Positions 30,526-40,925 of a stretch of 64,000 nt of DNA are shown here, in pieces. The position numbers and the translations under genes are program-made. This DNA comes from Candidatus Bathyarchaeota archaeon. Its GTDB lineage: Archaea > Thermoproteota > Bathyarchaeia > Bathyarchaeales > Bathycorpusculaceae. Location of the stretch: positions 2,282,765 through 2,346,764 of the forward strand of contig OY970176.1 of NCBI GenBank assembly GCA_963707955.1, written 5' to 3'. The notes below the pieces were generated by a model, which saw only the letters and a list, made by a program, of their open reading frames with translations, was not told where the DNA came from and made no database searches. The first letter of the stretch is position 1. Every line of letters starts with the position of its first letter.

Positions 30526-30654
30526 CTAAGCACTTGCTTTTATTTCTCCTTTGAAAACTCGGTAGCACCTTTCTGAGCAGAAGCCTTGAAAATCATTGTC
30601 TGACATGAATATTTTTCCACAAGTTTTGCACTTCTGCTTAGTCCTTTCCTGCAT
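30526..30654 (-). CDS. 42-aa zinc-finger microprotein (below the ORF-track cutoff)
   Basis: MQERTKQKCKTCGKIFMSDNDFQGFCSERCYRVFKGEIKASA*; GGAGG Shine-Dalgarno; stop followed by TAGCGCGC. Confidence 0.7.
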   Translation of the reverse strand: MQERTKQKCKTCGKIFMSDNDFQGFCSERCYRVFKGEIKASA

Positions 30655-30984
30655 TCACTTCCTCCCCGTTCATGTTCAATTGAACAGGGTTAAGTTCAGG
30701 AGAACATGATACGGAAGGACTTTACGCCGACCGAGATTGTAACAACTACAGCAAACATCCGCATTAGAAAAGCAAGGAGGTGGAAAAGAATGATTGATGA
30801 AGACGAAGATTCTGAAGATAAAGACGAAGAGCGCGTGCGAGGTAGCTGAATAAGCCTGATTAGTCTGTTAAGCCTGGTAAGCCTCACTCGCGCATGCACG
30901 CGCACACGAGCACAGCGTTTTGCGATTGATCGTGATAAACAACACTTTTAAGTTATTTGATGCTAATTAAGAAAGCAATTCTGA

Positions 30985-31500
30985 GTGGTTGAAACCATGA
31001 AAATGAGAATGATAAAACTACGCCCTGAATTCCTCATAGAAAAACTACAAGGAAAAGTATCATCTTTCACTTCCAACCTGCCAGACGATATAGAACTTTT
31101 AGATATTAAGTACGACTTGTTTTCCAAGCAAGTATCGGCAATCATAAGAAGCGACAGTTTTGAAGACGTTGCAGAATCCTATCTAATTCCCGAATTCAAT
31201 ATAATCTACACGACAAACCCCAAAGCCGAATCTCAGCCCACAACAAACTCCAAACCTGAATCTAAGCCCACAGAGAAAACGCCGGTTCAGCCAAGTCAAG
31301 ACACAAGCGCAGTAGAAAAAGAATTCAGCCCAGAGCAGCGCAAGTTGTTAAGTTTCACAGCAGACGGAGAATACGTCATAATAAAGCCAAATCAATACTT
31401 GAAGAATGAGTGGGATGAAATTAACGATACTGTGAGAAGTTTAGGTGGTAAATGGACGAAAGGCGACAGCTTCAGCCATTGGGCAATTCGACGAACCTAG
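30985..31500 (+). CDS. Hypothetical protein
   Basis: 171-aa ORF, two domains with a P/S/T linker; C-terminal WDEINDTVRSLGGKW. Confidence 0.7.
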   Translation: MVETMKMRMIKLRPEFLIEKLQGKVSSFTSNLPDDIELLDIKYDLFSKQVSAIIRSDSFEDVAESYLIPEFNIIYTTNPKAESQPTTNSKPESKPTEKTPVQPSQDTSAVEKEFSPEQRKLLSFTADGEYVIIKPNQYLKNEWDEINDTVRSLGGKWTKGDSFSHWAIRRT

Positions 31501-31948
31501 CGAGCATAAAGCAAAGTACCCAAAGACTAGTTTCTTTAGCTAGCTGGCTAACTAGCTTTTTTCACCATTCATAGAACTTGCAAGCATATCCTTTTACTTC
31601 CCAAACCCAAACGCAACTATTTGTTACCTTTAGAATGTTTTGCAAGAAGCGAAACCTGCTTTTTCTCTTTTCTTTTCAGTTCTTTCTCTCGCCGTAATTT
31701 TTTATGCTGCTCTAAACCTGCAGCTTTCGTTTCTCTTCTTGACAAAACTCATCAACTTTAGCAGGCAGTAGAAACATTTAGCATTTCAAAGCGTTGTCCT
31801 TTTGTCTACAACTGAAGGGCGTATACTCGATTCGCGCGCGCTAAGGTTAAGAAGGCTTGAAAAGACGCTACATTAACCTGGCCCGCTTTCATTTTGTATG
31901 GCATCCAACGCTTCCGACAAGCGACATACTCATCTAACCCAACTCTGA

Positions 31949-32081
31949 TAGGGTCTTGAACCCATTTGGGTTCGGGGACGGGCAGCTCTGAACCAGTTGG
32001 CCTAAGACAAAGAGAATGCTGGTCACAGGATATTTAAAGCAGTGGACTCGAACCCATTTGGGTCTAAGTCCGAGCGGGCCC
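31949..32081 (+). repeat. Att-like element copy F (full length)
   Basis: Perfect GAACCCATTTGGGTTC hairpin at the left; tail AAGTCCGAGCGGGCCC. Confidence 0.9.
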
Positions 32082-32205
32082 CCGTTGAGCGTTGATTGGC
32101 ACGTTCACAAGTCCACGCACGTTTTTGTAAGGGTGGAAGGGCAATTGTTCGTGTCTGGGTTATTGGTTTTTTTTGGGGATTCTGGAATTCTGCGCTGTTC
32201 AAGCG

Positions 32206-32789
32206 TCAACCCTGTTCATCGGTCTTGAGTTTTTTTCGCATTTGACATATCTTCTCCAGCATTTTCTCCGCCTGTTCCGGGTCCATTTCATGATTCGCAA
32301 CTTGCTTTTCGATCTCTCCCATTCTTTCTGAGAATGCGGTTGCTGCGGACTCTGCGGGCGGCTTTTCCTTTGGTGCTGGCTCTTCTTTCACGATTATTTT
32401 TCTTTTCCCCGCTTTCTTGTCGGCCTGTTTGTGGGGCCTCATCATGAGGGCTTCCTCTATACTTCTGCGCAGCTGCGGGTCCGCAACGTCCATCAACGCG
32501 TGCAAAAGCATCGTTTCCACAGGGGTCTCATTACCATCTGAAACGGGGACCCACTGCTTTCCATTTTTGTACCAGTTGAGAGCACGCGAGCGTAAGCTTC
32601 TAACCCTTGAACCTTTGCCTTTGCCATGCCCTGCATCATGTTCAAAACCGATAACGCCGAACCGGTCCGCAGGATAAGCCTAAGAAACTCCTCTAACGGC
32701 TCAGATGGCCGCAGCTTCTCGCGGCCGCAAAGACCCCTGTAGGCACCCCACACTTGAGCATCGACCCAAAAACCTGTCTGCTTCTTCAA
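32206..32789 (-). pseudogene. Frameshifted hypothetical gene with ribbon-helix-helix-like N-terminus
   Basis: Two overlapping ORFs (32493-32789, 32206-32520); WVDAQVWGAYRGLC.REKLRPSEPLEEFL. Confidence 0.55.
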
Positions 32790-32885
32790 CGCTCGTTACC
32801 ACACAACATTACAACTGACGTTACTTAAAAAAAGGGCGGGTCAACCGCGAAACAGCACGCCTACACAAATCCTCAAAGAAGCACG

Positions 32886-35393
32886 TTACTGCTTCTGCTC
32901 CTTCCTCTTCAGCATGTTCTCCAAGATCGGCCGCATCTTCGCGTTCTCCGCCTTAATCTTTTCCTTGCCTAACGTATTCATCTGTGCGGCTATCTCCTTA
33001 ACCACCTCGGCGAACTTGATGCCTTCAGCTGCCGACACGTATTCTACACGTAACCGTTCAGGACTCATGCCAAGTTTCTGCAGCATAGGCGCCAAAGCAT
33101 CCATCCTGGCTTTCATCTTGTAGTTTCCACTGATGTAGTGACAGTCGTAGGGAAGGTGGCAGGCGCCCACCATAACCATGCCTGCACCAAGCCTGAAAGC
33201 TTCAAGCACAAAGTCACGGTCAACCCTGCCTGAACACATCACCCTGATCGGCCTAATAACAGGCGGATACTCAAACCTGCTTGTGCCAGCCAAGTCAGCG
33301 CCAGCGTAACTGCACCAGTTACACAGAAACGCCAATATCTTGCCTTCAGGATCCGTCTCCAGCGCAGCCCTTATCTGAGACACTATTTGCACGTCTGTAA
33401 AATGCTTCTGCGTAATCGCGTCTGTCGGACACTCGGCAACACACGTGCCGCAGCCGTGACACATCGCACTCATCGTCTCTGCAACCTGACCTTCAAGCGC
33501 CCTGATAGCGCCGTACGGACAAGCCTTGGCACAGAGGCCACACTTCACTTTAGTGTTCCGACACTTAGTCGGGTCAACCACGGCTACTATTGGCTGAATC
33601 TTGTACGTCGGCTTAGAAAGAACCGTCGCTGCCCTAGCAGCTGTTCCCATGCCTTGAGAAACACTGTAAGGAACATCTTTCGGCCCCTGGCATCCCCCTG
33701 CGACGAAAACCCCGTCTGACGGCGTGTCTATAGGCTTCAGCTTCGGATGGCTCTCCATGAAAAACCCGTCGCTTCCCCGGCTGATGTTGAAGACCCTCGC
33801 AACCTCTTCCGACCCCTGGCTCGGCACCGCGGCTGTTGCCAACACGACCAACTCGGTTTCAACTTCGACGGGTTCGCCGTTCTCTTTCTCAGCATGCACC
33901 ACAAGCTTCTTTGTTTCCGGGTCTTCACTCACGTTTCTGTTCGTCAGGCTGACACGGATGAAGTTTATGCCCAGCTGTTGACCCTTTCTGAACAGCTCCT
34001 CATACCCTTTCCTGTTTGCGCGCATGTCAGTGTATAACACGTTGATTTCAAGTTTGTCACTGTACTTCTCCTTAAGGAAAACGGCGCTTTTGAGCGTGAG
34101 CATGCAGCAGAAGCCGGAACAGTACTCAAACTTGTTTACGTCCCTCGAACCGACGCATTGTATGTACGTCAGGCTTTTAGGCATTTTACCGTCTGAAGGT
34201 TTGCGAAGGTCTCCGAGAATTTGCGTGTCAGTGTCTATGATTCTTTCAAGCTGCAGGGCCGTGATCACATCTTTGTGTTTTCCAAAGCTGTAGTTTGGCA
34301 GGTCGTACGGCTCGTAGATGTCGTAGCCCGTTGCTACAACCATGCAGCCGACCTCAAGCTTTTCCTCTACAGGTTTCTGCTCAAAATCCACAGCATCCAC
34401 AGGACAGATCTCTTGGCATTTCCTGCAGCTTCCGTCTTTGAAGTAAAGACAAGTCTCTCTGTCAATCGTGTAAGTGTTAGGCGTCGCGTTTGCGAACGGC
34501 AAGTAAATGGCCTTGCGTTTCCTCATGCCCGCGTCGAACTTGTTCAGTGATTCAACCGGACAGACCTCAGAGCACTTGCCGCAGCTTATGCACTTGTTTT
34601 CGTCGACGAAGCGCGGTTTTCTCACAACGCTGGCCTTGTAGCTTCCTATGACACCTTCAACGTGCTTCACGTCGCTGTAAGCAAGAAGTTTGATCTTCGG
34701 ATTGACGGCCGCAGCGCCTATTCTCGTGGCAACGCACGAGAACCTAGGACAGTGAATCTGCTGTGGACAGTTTGAACATTCAAAGACAGGGAAGGTTTTG
34801 CCGAGCTGCGCCATGTGGCCGCCCATTATTTCGGCCCGGTCAACTAGGTACACGTGGTAACCCATCTCTGCAAGGTCGACGGCGGCGCTTGCGCCTGCAA
34901 CGCCTGCACCCACGACGAGCGCTCTGTTAGTGACTGGCACCTCGATCACGTCTAGCGGTTCAAGAAGTCTCACTTTCGCAACGGCCATCTTCACAAGCTC
35001 TTTTGCCTTTTCAGTTGCCTCCTTAGGCGTTCCCTGATGACACCAGGACGAAAACTCGCGGATGTTTGCCATCTCATACAGGAAGGGGTTCAGCCCAGCC
35101 TCCGATACAGTTCTCCGAAAGGTTGGCTCATGCATTCTGGGTGAACATGCGGCAACCACAACACGATTCAGCTTATGCTCTCTTATACCCTTTCGTATTT
35201 CCTCTTGACCCGGGTCGGCACACGTGTAACGATTTGTCTTAACATAGACCACGTTGGGCAGCTTGCGAGCGTACTCTGCCACATCCTCAACGTCCACCGT
35301 GCCAGCAATGTTGAGACCGCAGTAGCACACGAAAACGCCGATGCGTGGTTCCTCAACTTTCGCCGAGGACTTCAGGGCCGACTGTTCACTCAC
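32886..35393 (-). CDS. hdrA: Heterodisulfide reductase subunit A fused to MvhD
   Basis: RIGVFVCYCG, VVVAACSPRMHE, FAD-binding VVGAGVAG, IQCVGSRD...YCSGFCC; C-terminal CNWCSYAGAD, RVMCSGRV, ACHLPYDCHY. Confidence 0.95.
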   Translation of the reverse strand: MSEQSALKSSAKVEEPRIGVFVCYCGLNIAGTVDVEDVAEYARKLPNVVYVKTNRYTCADPGQEEIRKGIREHKLNRVVVAACSPRMHEPTFRRTVSEAGLNPFLYEMANIREFSSWCHQGTPKEATEKAKELVKMAVAKVRLLEPLDVIEVPVTNRALVVGAGVAGASAAVDLAEMGYHVYLVDRAEIMGGHMAQLGKTFPVFECSNCPQQIHCPRFSCVATRIGAAAVNPKIKLLAYSDVKHVEGVIGSYKASVVRKPRFVDENKCISCGKCSEVCPVESLNKFDAGMRKRKAIYLPFANATPNTYTIDRETCLYFKDGSCRKCQEICPVDAVDFEQKPVEEKLEVGCMVVATGYDIYEPYDLPNYSFGKHKDVITALQLERIIDTDTQILGDLRKPSDGKMPKSLTYIQCVGSRDVNKFEYCSGFCCMLTLKSAVFLKEKYSDKLEINVLYTDMRANRKGYEELFRKGQQLGINFIRVSLTNRNVSEDPETKKLVVHAEKENGEPVEVETELVVLATAAVPSQGSEEVARVFNISRGSDGFFMESHPKLKPIDTPSDGVFVAGGCQGPKDVPYSVSQGMGTAARAATVLSKPTYKIQPIVAVVDPTKCRNTKVKCGLCAKACPYGAIRALEGQVAETMSAMCHGCGTCVAECPTDAITQKHFTDVQIVSQIRAALETDPEGKILAFLCNWCSYAGADLAGTSRFEYPPVIRPIRVMCSGRVDRDFVLEAFRLGAGMVMVGACHLPYDCHYISGNYKMKARMDALAPMLQKLGMSPERLRVEYVSAAEGIKFAEVVKEIAAQMNTLGKEKIKAENAKMRPILENMLKRKEQKQ

Positions 35394-37446
35394 GCTTTTT
35401 CACCTTTTTTTCCATGACTGCCTGAATCTGGGTCACGATCTGGTTGTCCGAATAGTTCGGCATCGTTATCGCGTCCATCGGGCAAGCGGAACTGCAGATG
35501 CCGCAGCCTCGGCACAAGCCTTCGACGACTTTTGCGACGGGTTTTTCGTCGCCTTTCTCAACGTTGATGGCGCGGTAACTGCAGGCTGATTCGCATATTC
35601 TGCAGCCGCTGCAAAGTTCCTCGTTGACTTTTGCAACGAGCGGCTCAACTGTCCATGACTCTTTGCTGAGAACAGATGCAGCTTGAGCTGCCGCGGCACT
35701 TCCTTGGGCTACGCTGTAGGGAATATCCTTCAGGCCTTGACATGCGCCTGCCAAGAATATTCCAGGCACTTCAGTGTCGGTTGGCCTGATCTTGGGTTGA
35801 CATTCCATGAAGAACCCGTCTTTTCCAAGGGGGATGTTCAGAATTCTTGCCAACTCGGGCCCCGTCTCGGCTGGAACAGCCGCGTTTGCTAAGATAACCA
35901 TGTCCGCCTCCGCTGAGACAGGCTTGCCCTCCTCTGTTTCCCCGTAAACTGTCAAGCTCTTGGTCTGCGCGTCCTCGGTTATCCGCCGGTTTTCAAGCTT
36001 GACCCTCAGGAATTTGACTCCGGATTTTTGGGCTCTGTTGAAGAATTCCTCGTAGCCTTTGAAGTTGCTTCTCATGTCGTTGTAAAAAACGTAGACTTCG
36101 ATGGCGTCCCTGTACTTCTCTTTAAGCATAACCGCATGTTTGAGGGTGTACATGCAGCAGAAGCTCGAGCAGTATTCGTATCTGTTGATATCGCGCGATC
36201 CGACGCACTGGATGAACGCTACAGAATGTGGTTTTTGCCCATCTGAGGCCCGGACGACTTTGCCGCCAGTCGGTCCTGCGGCGAGTATAAGCCTTTCAAA
36301 CTCCAGCGCTGTGAAAACGTTGGAGAACTTGCTGTAGCCGGTCCACTCTAGGTCTTTGGGGTTGTACATTCCGTAGCCAATCGTGACGACTATGGCTCCA
36401 ACGTTGAGCTCAATCTCTTCGGGCTTCTGGTCAAAGTTTATCGCTTGACGGGCTCCACAAGCGTCAACGCACTTGTAGCATTCGATGCAGTAGTCGCGGT
36501 TGATCGTGTGCGTGAGCGGAACAGCTTGACCGAACGGAATCGATATCGCCTTTCTCACGCCAAGATACATGTCTGCATAGTTTGGATATTCTATCGGACA
36601 CGCGTCTCTGCACTCGCCGCAACCGGTGCAGTTTGCGGCTATGACGTAACGGGGGTTCTTACGGACTTTCACCTTGAAGTTGCCAGCGTACCCGTCGACT
36701 TTCAAGACGTCAGCGTAAGAGATTATTTCAATGTTAGGATGCCTGCCGACGTCAACCATTTTGGGCCCTTCGATGCATATGCTGCAGTCAAGAGTTGGGA
36801 ACGTCTTGTCCAGCAGCGCCATGTAGCCTCCTATGGTTTCGGTTTTTTCAACCATGTAAACTTTGAAACCCATGTCGGCCAAGTCTAGGGCAGCGTTGAT
36901 TCCGGCGATTCCACCGCCGATGACCATAACCCTCTTCGTCATCGGCAGCTGTATCGGTTTTAACGGTTCCAGAAGTCTTGCTTTGGCAACGGCCATTCTG
37001 ACCGTGTCTTTCGCTTTTTCCGTTGCCTCTCCAGGTGTAGTCCGGTGACAGTAGGATGCGAATTCTCGGATGTTTGCCATCTCAAAAAGCCATGGATTGA
37101 GCTCTGCTTGAGACACGCAGCTTTGAAAGGTCGGTTCATACAGCCTCGGTGAGCAGCCAGCCACGACTACGCGGTTGAGCTTCTTGGCCCTTATCGCTGT
37201 GATTATCGCGTCCTGACCCTGGTGGCTACAGGGATAGTTCATGTTCTCCGCATAAGCCACGTTCCGCAGAGTCTTGGCATATCTTGTTAGAGCATCGACA
37301 TCTATCACTGAAGCTATGTTTGAACCGCATTGGCAGACGAAGACTCCTATCCGAGGCTTTTCAGCTTTTGCCTTGGGCTTCGTCTGTCTCAGCTTTCTTT
37401 CTTTCTCAGGGGTTTCAGCTTTCTTAGGGGCAGTTCTTCTAGGCAC
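35386..37446 (-). CDS. hdrA: Heterodisulfide reductase subunit A
   Basis: RIGVFVCQCG, IGGGIAG, LDKTFPTLDCSICI, IQCVGSRD, ferredoxin motifs. Confidence 0.95.
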   Translation of the reverse strand: MPRRTAPKKAETPEKERKLRQTKPKAKAEKPRIGVFVCQCGSNIASVIDVDALTRYAKTLRNVAYAENMNYPCSHQGQDAIITAIRAKKLNRVVVAGCSPRLYEPTFQSCVSQAELNPWLFEMANIREFASYCHRTTPGEATEKAKDTVRMAVAKARLLEPLKPIQLPMTKRVMVIGGGIAGINAALDLADMGFKVYMVEKTETIGGYMALLDKTFPTLDCSICIEGPKMVDVGRHPNIEIISYADVLKVDGYAGNFKVKVRKNPRYVIAANCTGCGECRDACPIEYPNYADMYLGVRKAISIPFGQAVPLTHTINRDYCIECYKCVDACGARQAINFDQKPEEIELNVGAIVVTIGYGMYNPKDLEWTGYSKFSNVFTALEFERLILAAGPTGGKVVRASDGQKPHSVAFIQCVGSRDINRYEYCSSFCCMYTLKHAVMLKEKYRDAIEVYVFYNDMRSNFKGYEEFFNRAQKSGVKFLRVKLENRRITEDAQTKSLTVYGETEEGKPVSAEADMVILANAAVPAETGPELARILNIPLGKDGFFMECQPKIRPTDTEVPGIFLAGACQGLKDIPYSVAQGSAAAAQAASVLSKESWTVEPLVAKVNEELCSGCRICESACSYRAINVEKGDEKPVAKVVEGLCRGCGICSSACPMDAITMPNYSDNQIVTQIQAVMEKKVKKRE

Positions 37447-38383
37447 ATTTCTCCCCCTTCAATCCTATCCTCTTCTTCACAGATTCTCGCGCTTTCAGAG
37501 AACCCTTGGTCTTCAATTCCTTGCTCATCTCTGTCGATGAAGTGAGGCGTTCCAGAGCCTTGTTCCAAGCGCCTGAGCGGACAGGCGTATGGTTGATGTG
37601 GGTCCTTTTGAGGTAAAGAGCATCGTCCACCGGACAAGCGACTTTGCAGGCCCCACAGTAGATGCAGAACATCTCGTTCACGTGCACCTTCTTGTCGTTT
37701 TCTGAAAGGTAGAGCGCTTGGGTGATTGGGCAAACATCCATGCAGGCCGTGCATCCGTCTGGGCACTTCTCAGCGTTGATCGAGAGCCTTCCGGAGAGGA
37801 ACTTGCGCACATGAATTGCCCCATCAGGAAGTTTAACTTCGCATATTCCGCAGCACGGGCAATGCTCCTTTTCAATTTCGACGTTGACGCTAAGCCGTCG
37901 TCTCTCAGGCTCGCTTAAAGAAGAAAGATCTTCAACTGTTTTTCCATCCGCAGTCAAGAAGGAGACTTTTATAAGTTTTAGCGGACAGACGTCTTCATTC
38001 TTCTCTCGGTCCAACGGAAACTTGTTTGCATCAACCTTAATGTCGCGTACGAGCTGGGGAAAACTTTGCCTTTCAAGAACGGAGAGTAAATGCTTTCCGT
38101 CTACAGTAACGTTAATCGCACCGTATGGACAGGATATGTCACATATCCCGCAGAAGTTACACTTGGCCAAGTCGATGTCTACCCTAGCTTTCCGCGCCTT
38201 TTCCCCCTGAAACTTCGGATGTCCTTCAAGTCTAATAGCCTCTTTTGGACAAGCTAAGGTGCAAATCTGACAGCCCACACACCTGCTCTTATCAAGGGTG
38301 AGCTTGTAATTCTTCACGTGCAAAACCCATTCTAACGTTAGTGATTCTGGCGTTTCTTCCTTGAGCGCTTTCAACGGCATCAA
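37439..38383 (-). CDS. Polyferredoxin (FwdF/MvhB-like 4Fe-4S protein)
   Basis: Multiple CxxCxxCxxxCP motifs. Confidence 0.9.
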   Translation of the reverse strand: MMPLKALKEETPESLTLEWVLHVKNYKLTLDKSRCVGCQICTLACPKEAIRLEGHPKFQGEKARKARVDIDLAKCNFCGICDISCPYGAINVTVDGKHLLSVLERQSFPQLVRDIKVDANKFPLDREKNEDVCPLKLIKVSFLTADGKTVEDLSSLSEPERRRLSVNVEIEKEHCPCCGICEVKLPDGAIHVRKFLSGRLSINAEKCPDGCTACMDVCPITQALYLSENDKKVHVNEMFCIYCGACKVACPVDDALYLKRTHINHTPVRSGAWNKALERLTSSTEMSKELKTKGSLKARESVKKRIGLKGEKCA

Positions 38384-38625
38384 AGGTCACATCCTTCAAC
38401 GTCTCTGCAACACGAAACGAAGCATAATGCTGCAGGTCTGGAGTTGGCGTGTGACATGGATGAATTGTCCTTCTTCTTGGAAAGCTTTCAGAGTCTGAAT
38501 TGTTAATATAAACGTTGCTCGCTGTCTGACATAAAACGTACATGTGGCTTGTGGGGAAACTTTTCCCATAGCGTGCGACAGTGATATTAAGGGATGTCTC
38601 TCTAAAGCGGGTAAAGATCGTTGAG

Positions 38626-39561
38626 GTGCGAGTTTTGATAACTGCTTTGGCCGGAGGGGTTGGGGCTGCAAGATTCCTGTCTGGACTGGTCAGAGTTATC
38701 CCGGAGAAGGAACTGTCGGTGATTGTGAACACGGGTGATGACATCGAGCTCTACGGACTGCACGTTTCACCGGATCTCGACATAGTCTCGTACACTTTGG
38801 CAGGCATGGTCGATGAGGAGAAGGGTTGGGGGATAAAAGGAGACACGTTTCGTTGCCTCGAAATGTTGAGAAGTTTTGGATTTGAAACTTGGTTCAACTT
38901 GGGCGATAAGGACCTCGCAACGCATCTGTACAGAACCGGTCTACTGAGGAGAGGACTAACGCTGTCTGAGGTGACGGCTGAAATATCACGTGCCTTGGGA
39001 TTGAAGGTGAGGATTCTTCCGATGACTGACGACAGGTGTGAAACATGGGTAACAACCGAGGCAGGCTCCACACATTTTCAAGAGTACATGGTGAGACGAG
39101 GCGGGAGAGACGCCGTGTTAGACGTGAAACTTGTGGGAGCAGAGGCTGCCAAGGCTGCGCCAGGAGTCATTGACTCCATTCTTGGAAGCGAGTTGATTAT
39201 CGTGTGCCCGAGCAATCCAATCGTTAGTATAGGCACGATCCTGTCCTTAAGAGGAGTGAGAGAGGCTTTGAGACGGAGTAAGGCTCGAAAAATTGGGGTA
39301 AGTCCGATAGTTGCGGGTGCTCCAATAAGAGGCTACGCGGATAAGTTGATGAGAGGGTTGGGGTTGGAGGTGTCAGCCTATTCTGTTGCTTGTCTTTACA
39401 AGGATTTTCTTGATGTCTTTGTGCTGGACGTTGTTGATGAAGAGGAGAGGATGAGGATCGAAAGACTCGGGGTTGAAGTGGTCACGGCGAACACGATAAT
39501 GAAGACGTTGGGGGACAGGGTTGAATTGGCGAGGATTGTTGTGAAAGAGGGGGGAAGATGA
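38626..39561 (+). CDS. cofD: 2-phospho-L-lactate transferase
   Basis: LAGGVGAARFL, NTGDD, SPDLD, WFNLGDKDLATH, HFQEY, PSNPIVSIG. Confidence 0.97.
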   Translation: MRVLITALAGGVGAARFLSGLVRVIPEKELSVIVNTGDDIELYGLHVSPDLDIVSYTLAGMVDEEKGWGIKGDTFRCLEMLRSFGFETWFNLGDKDLATHLYRTGLLRRGLTLSEVTAEISRALGLKVRILPMTDDRCETWVTTEAGSTHFQEYMVRRGGRDAVLDVKLVGAEAAKAAPGVIDSILGSELIIVCPSNPIVSIGTILSLRGVREALRRSKARKIGVSPIVAGAPIRGYADKLMRGLGLEVSAYSVACLYKDFLDVFVLDVVDEEERMRIERLGVEVVTANTIMKTLGDRVELARIVVKEGGR

Positions 39562-39664
39562 TGGCTGTTCTTCTTGTTGAACTTGGTCATAGCCGTCTTC
39601 GGTACGGGTTGGTATTAGGCGGTGTAATGCATAAGTTCAAGTTGCTTTCAAGTGTACGGCGTGT

Positions 39665-40444
39665 TTGTTGGAGGAGGGCTTAGGGTTGAACGCGGTTCAG
39701 GTGATCGCGGTGCAGGGGTTGCCTATCATAAGAACAGGGGACAGTGTTGCTAAGCTCGTGTGTGATGCGGCTCGGAGGCAGGGTACTCCGGTTCAGGACG
39801 GGGACATAGTGGTGGTTACGCATGTTTTTGTTTCGCGTGCTGAGGGAAGCGTTGTCGATCTTGATGAGGTTGTTCCGTCAGATTTTGCGAGATGCATAGC
39901 GGAGCAGTTTGGAAAGGACTCTGCTTTGGTGGAGGTTGTTCTTCGCGAGTCGAAGAGCATCAGCCGAATGGGTGATGGTATCCTCATTACGGAGACGAAG
40001 CATGGGTTTGTGTGTGCGAATTCTGGGGTTGACAGGTCTAACGTTCCTGGAGAGAGAAACGTGGCTTTGTTGCCTGTGGACCCTGATAGGTCGGCTGAGG
40101 CGATTAGGCGTGAAATGAAAAGATTGACTGGGTGTGAAGTGGCCGTGATTGTCTCTGACACGCATGGTCGTCCGCTTAGGCTTGGCGAGATAAACGTGGC
40201 CATAGGCGTCGCGGGGATTAAGCCTATCAGGGACAGGAGGGGGGAGAAGGATTTGTTTGGGTACGTGTTGAGAGTGAAGCAGACGGCGATTGCGGACGAG
40301 CTTGCTTCGGCTGCTGAGCTGGTGATTGGGCAAGCAAGTGAGGGCGTTCCTGTTGCCATAATCAGGGGGTACAAGTACGCCGGGTCTGATTCTGCGAAGG
40401 CCACGGAGCTTGTCAGGCCGAAAGAGAAAGACTTGTACAGGTGA
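39665..40444 (+). CDS. cofE: Coenzyme F420-0:L-glutamate ligase
   Basis: GLPIIRTGD, CANSGVDRSN, DTHGRPLRLG, DLFG, AIADELASAA. Confidence 0.97.
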   Translation: MLEEGLGLNAVQVIAVQGLPIIRTGDSVAKLVCDAARRQGTPVQDGDIVVVTHVFVSRAEGSVVDLDEVVPSDFARCIAEQFGKDSALVEVVLRESKSISRMGDGILITETKHGFVCANSGVDRSNVPGERNVALLPVDPDRSAEAIRREMKRLTGCEVAVIVSDTHGRPLRLGEINVAIGVAGIKPIRDRRGEKDLFGYVLRVKQTAIADELASAAELVIGQASEGVPVAIIRGYKYAGSDSAKATELVRPKEKDLYR

Positions 40445-40510
40445 GAACTCGGTTTCAAAGAGCCTTTTCTGTGCCGTGGGCCACATGATGCTGGTTACCG
40501 TCGAGTTGAT

Positions 40511-40620
40511 ACGCTACATCCCTGTGTTCGCGTTTTGGCCCCGTCTATTCCACCCTCCCCCTAGGGTGTTAGTACTGCACGTAGGCGTTCGGGTAGGTCC
40601 TACCGACTTTGCGTAGGCTT
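40511..40620 (+). repeat. ~110-bp intergenic direct repeat, copy 1
   Basis: acgctacatccctgt...cccctagggtgttagtactgcacgt.ggcgttcg...cctac.gacttt, also at 48432. Confidence 0.9.
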
Positions 40621-40925
40621 AGGGCGGGGTGTGTGTGCGGGGCTCGGCGTGGAGTCTGGGGTGGGGTCGTGTTTCGCGCTTTATGGGAAGCCTCGTTCGT
40701 GTGGTGGAAGATTTGTTTTGGTGTTATAGAACATGTTGGGAATAATGGAGATATAGAATGAGTGGAGTATTGTTCTAGAAAATTTGCATGGATGTTTCAT
40801 ACTGAATTGTTTAAATATCGGTTATGAAGAATGGTTGGGGTGGAGGAAGACAGTAGACCTGTGTTGGCGGTTGTTTAGGGTGGTCTTGTTGTTCCTGTCT
40901 GCTCCTGTCAGGGAGGGATTAGTTA

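Noticed and set aside
8245-32081. Dispersed repeats read as a CRISPR array
   Set aside because: Copies are ~120 bp and kilobases apart, with no repeat-spacer periodicity.
32886-40444. Evidence of methanogenesis
   Set aside because: hdrA, mvhD and cofDE are widespread in non-methanogens; no mcr or mtr here.
39793-40486. Long antisense ORFs over cofE (and similar ones over hdrA, ths, hemA)
   Set aside because: They overlap well-supported genes and show no recognisable motifs.
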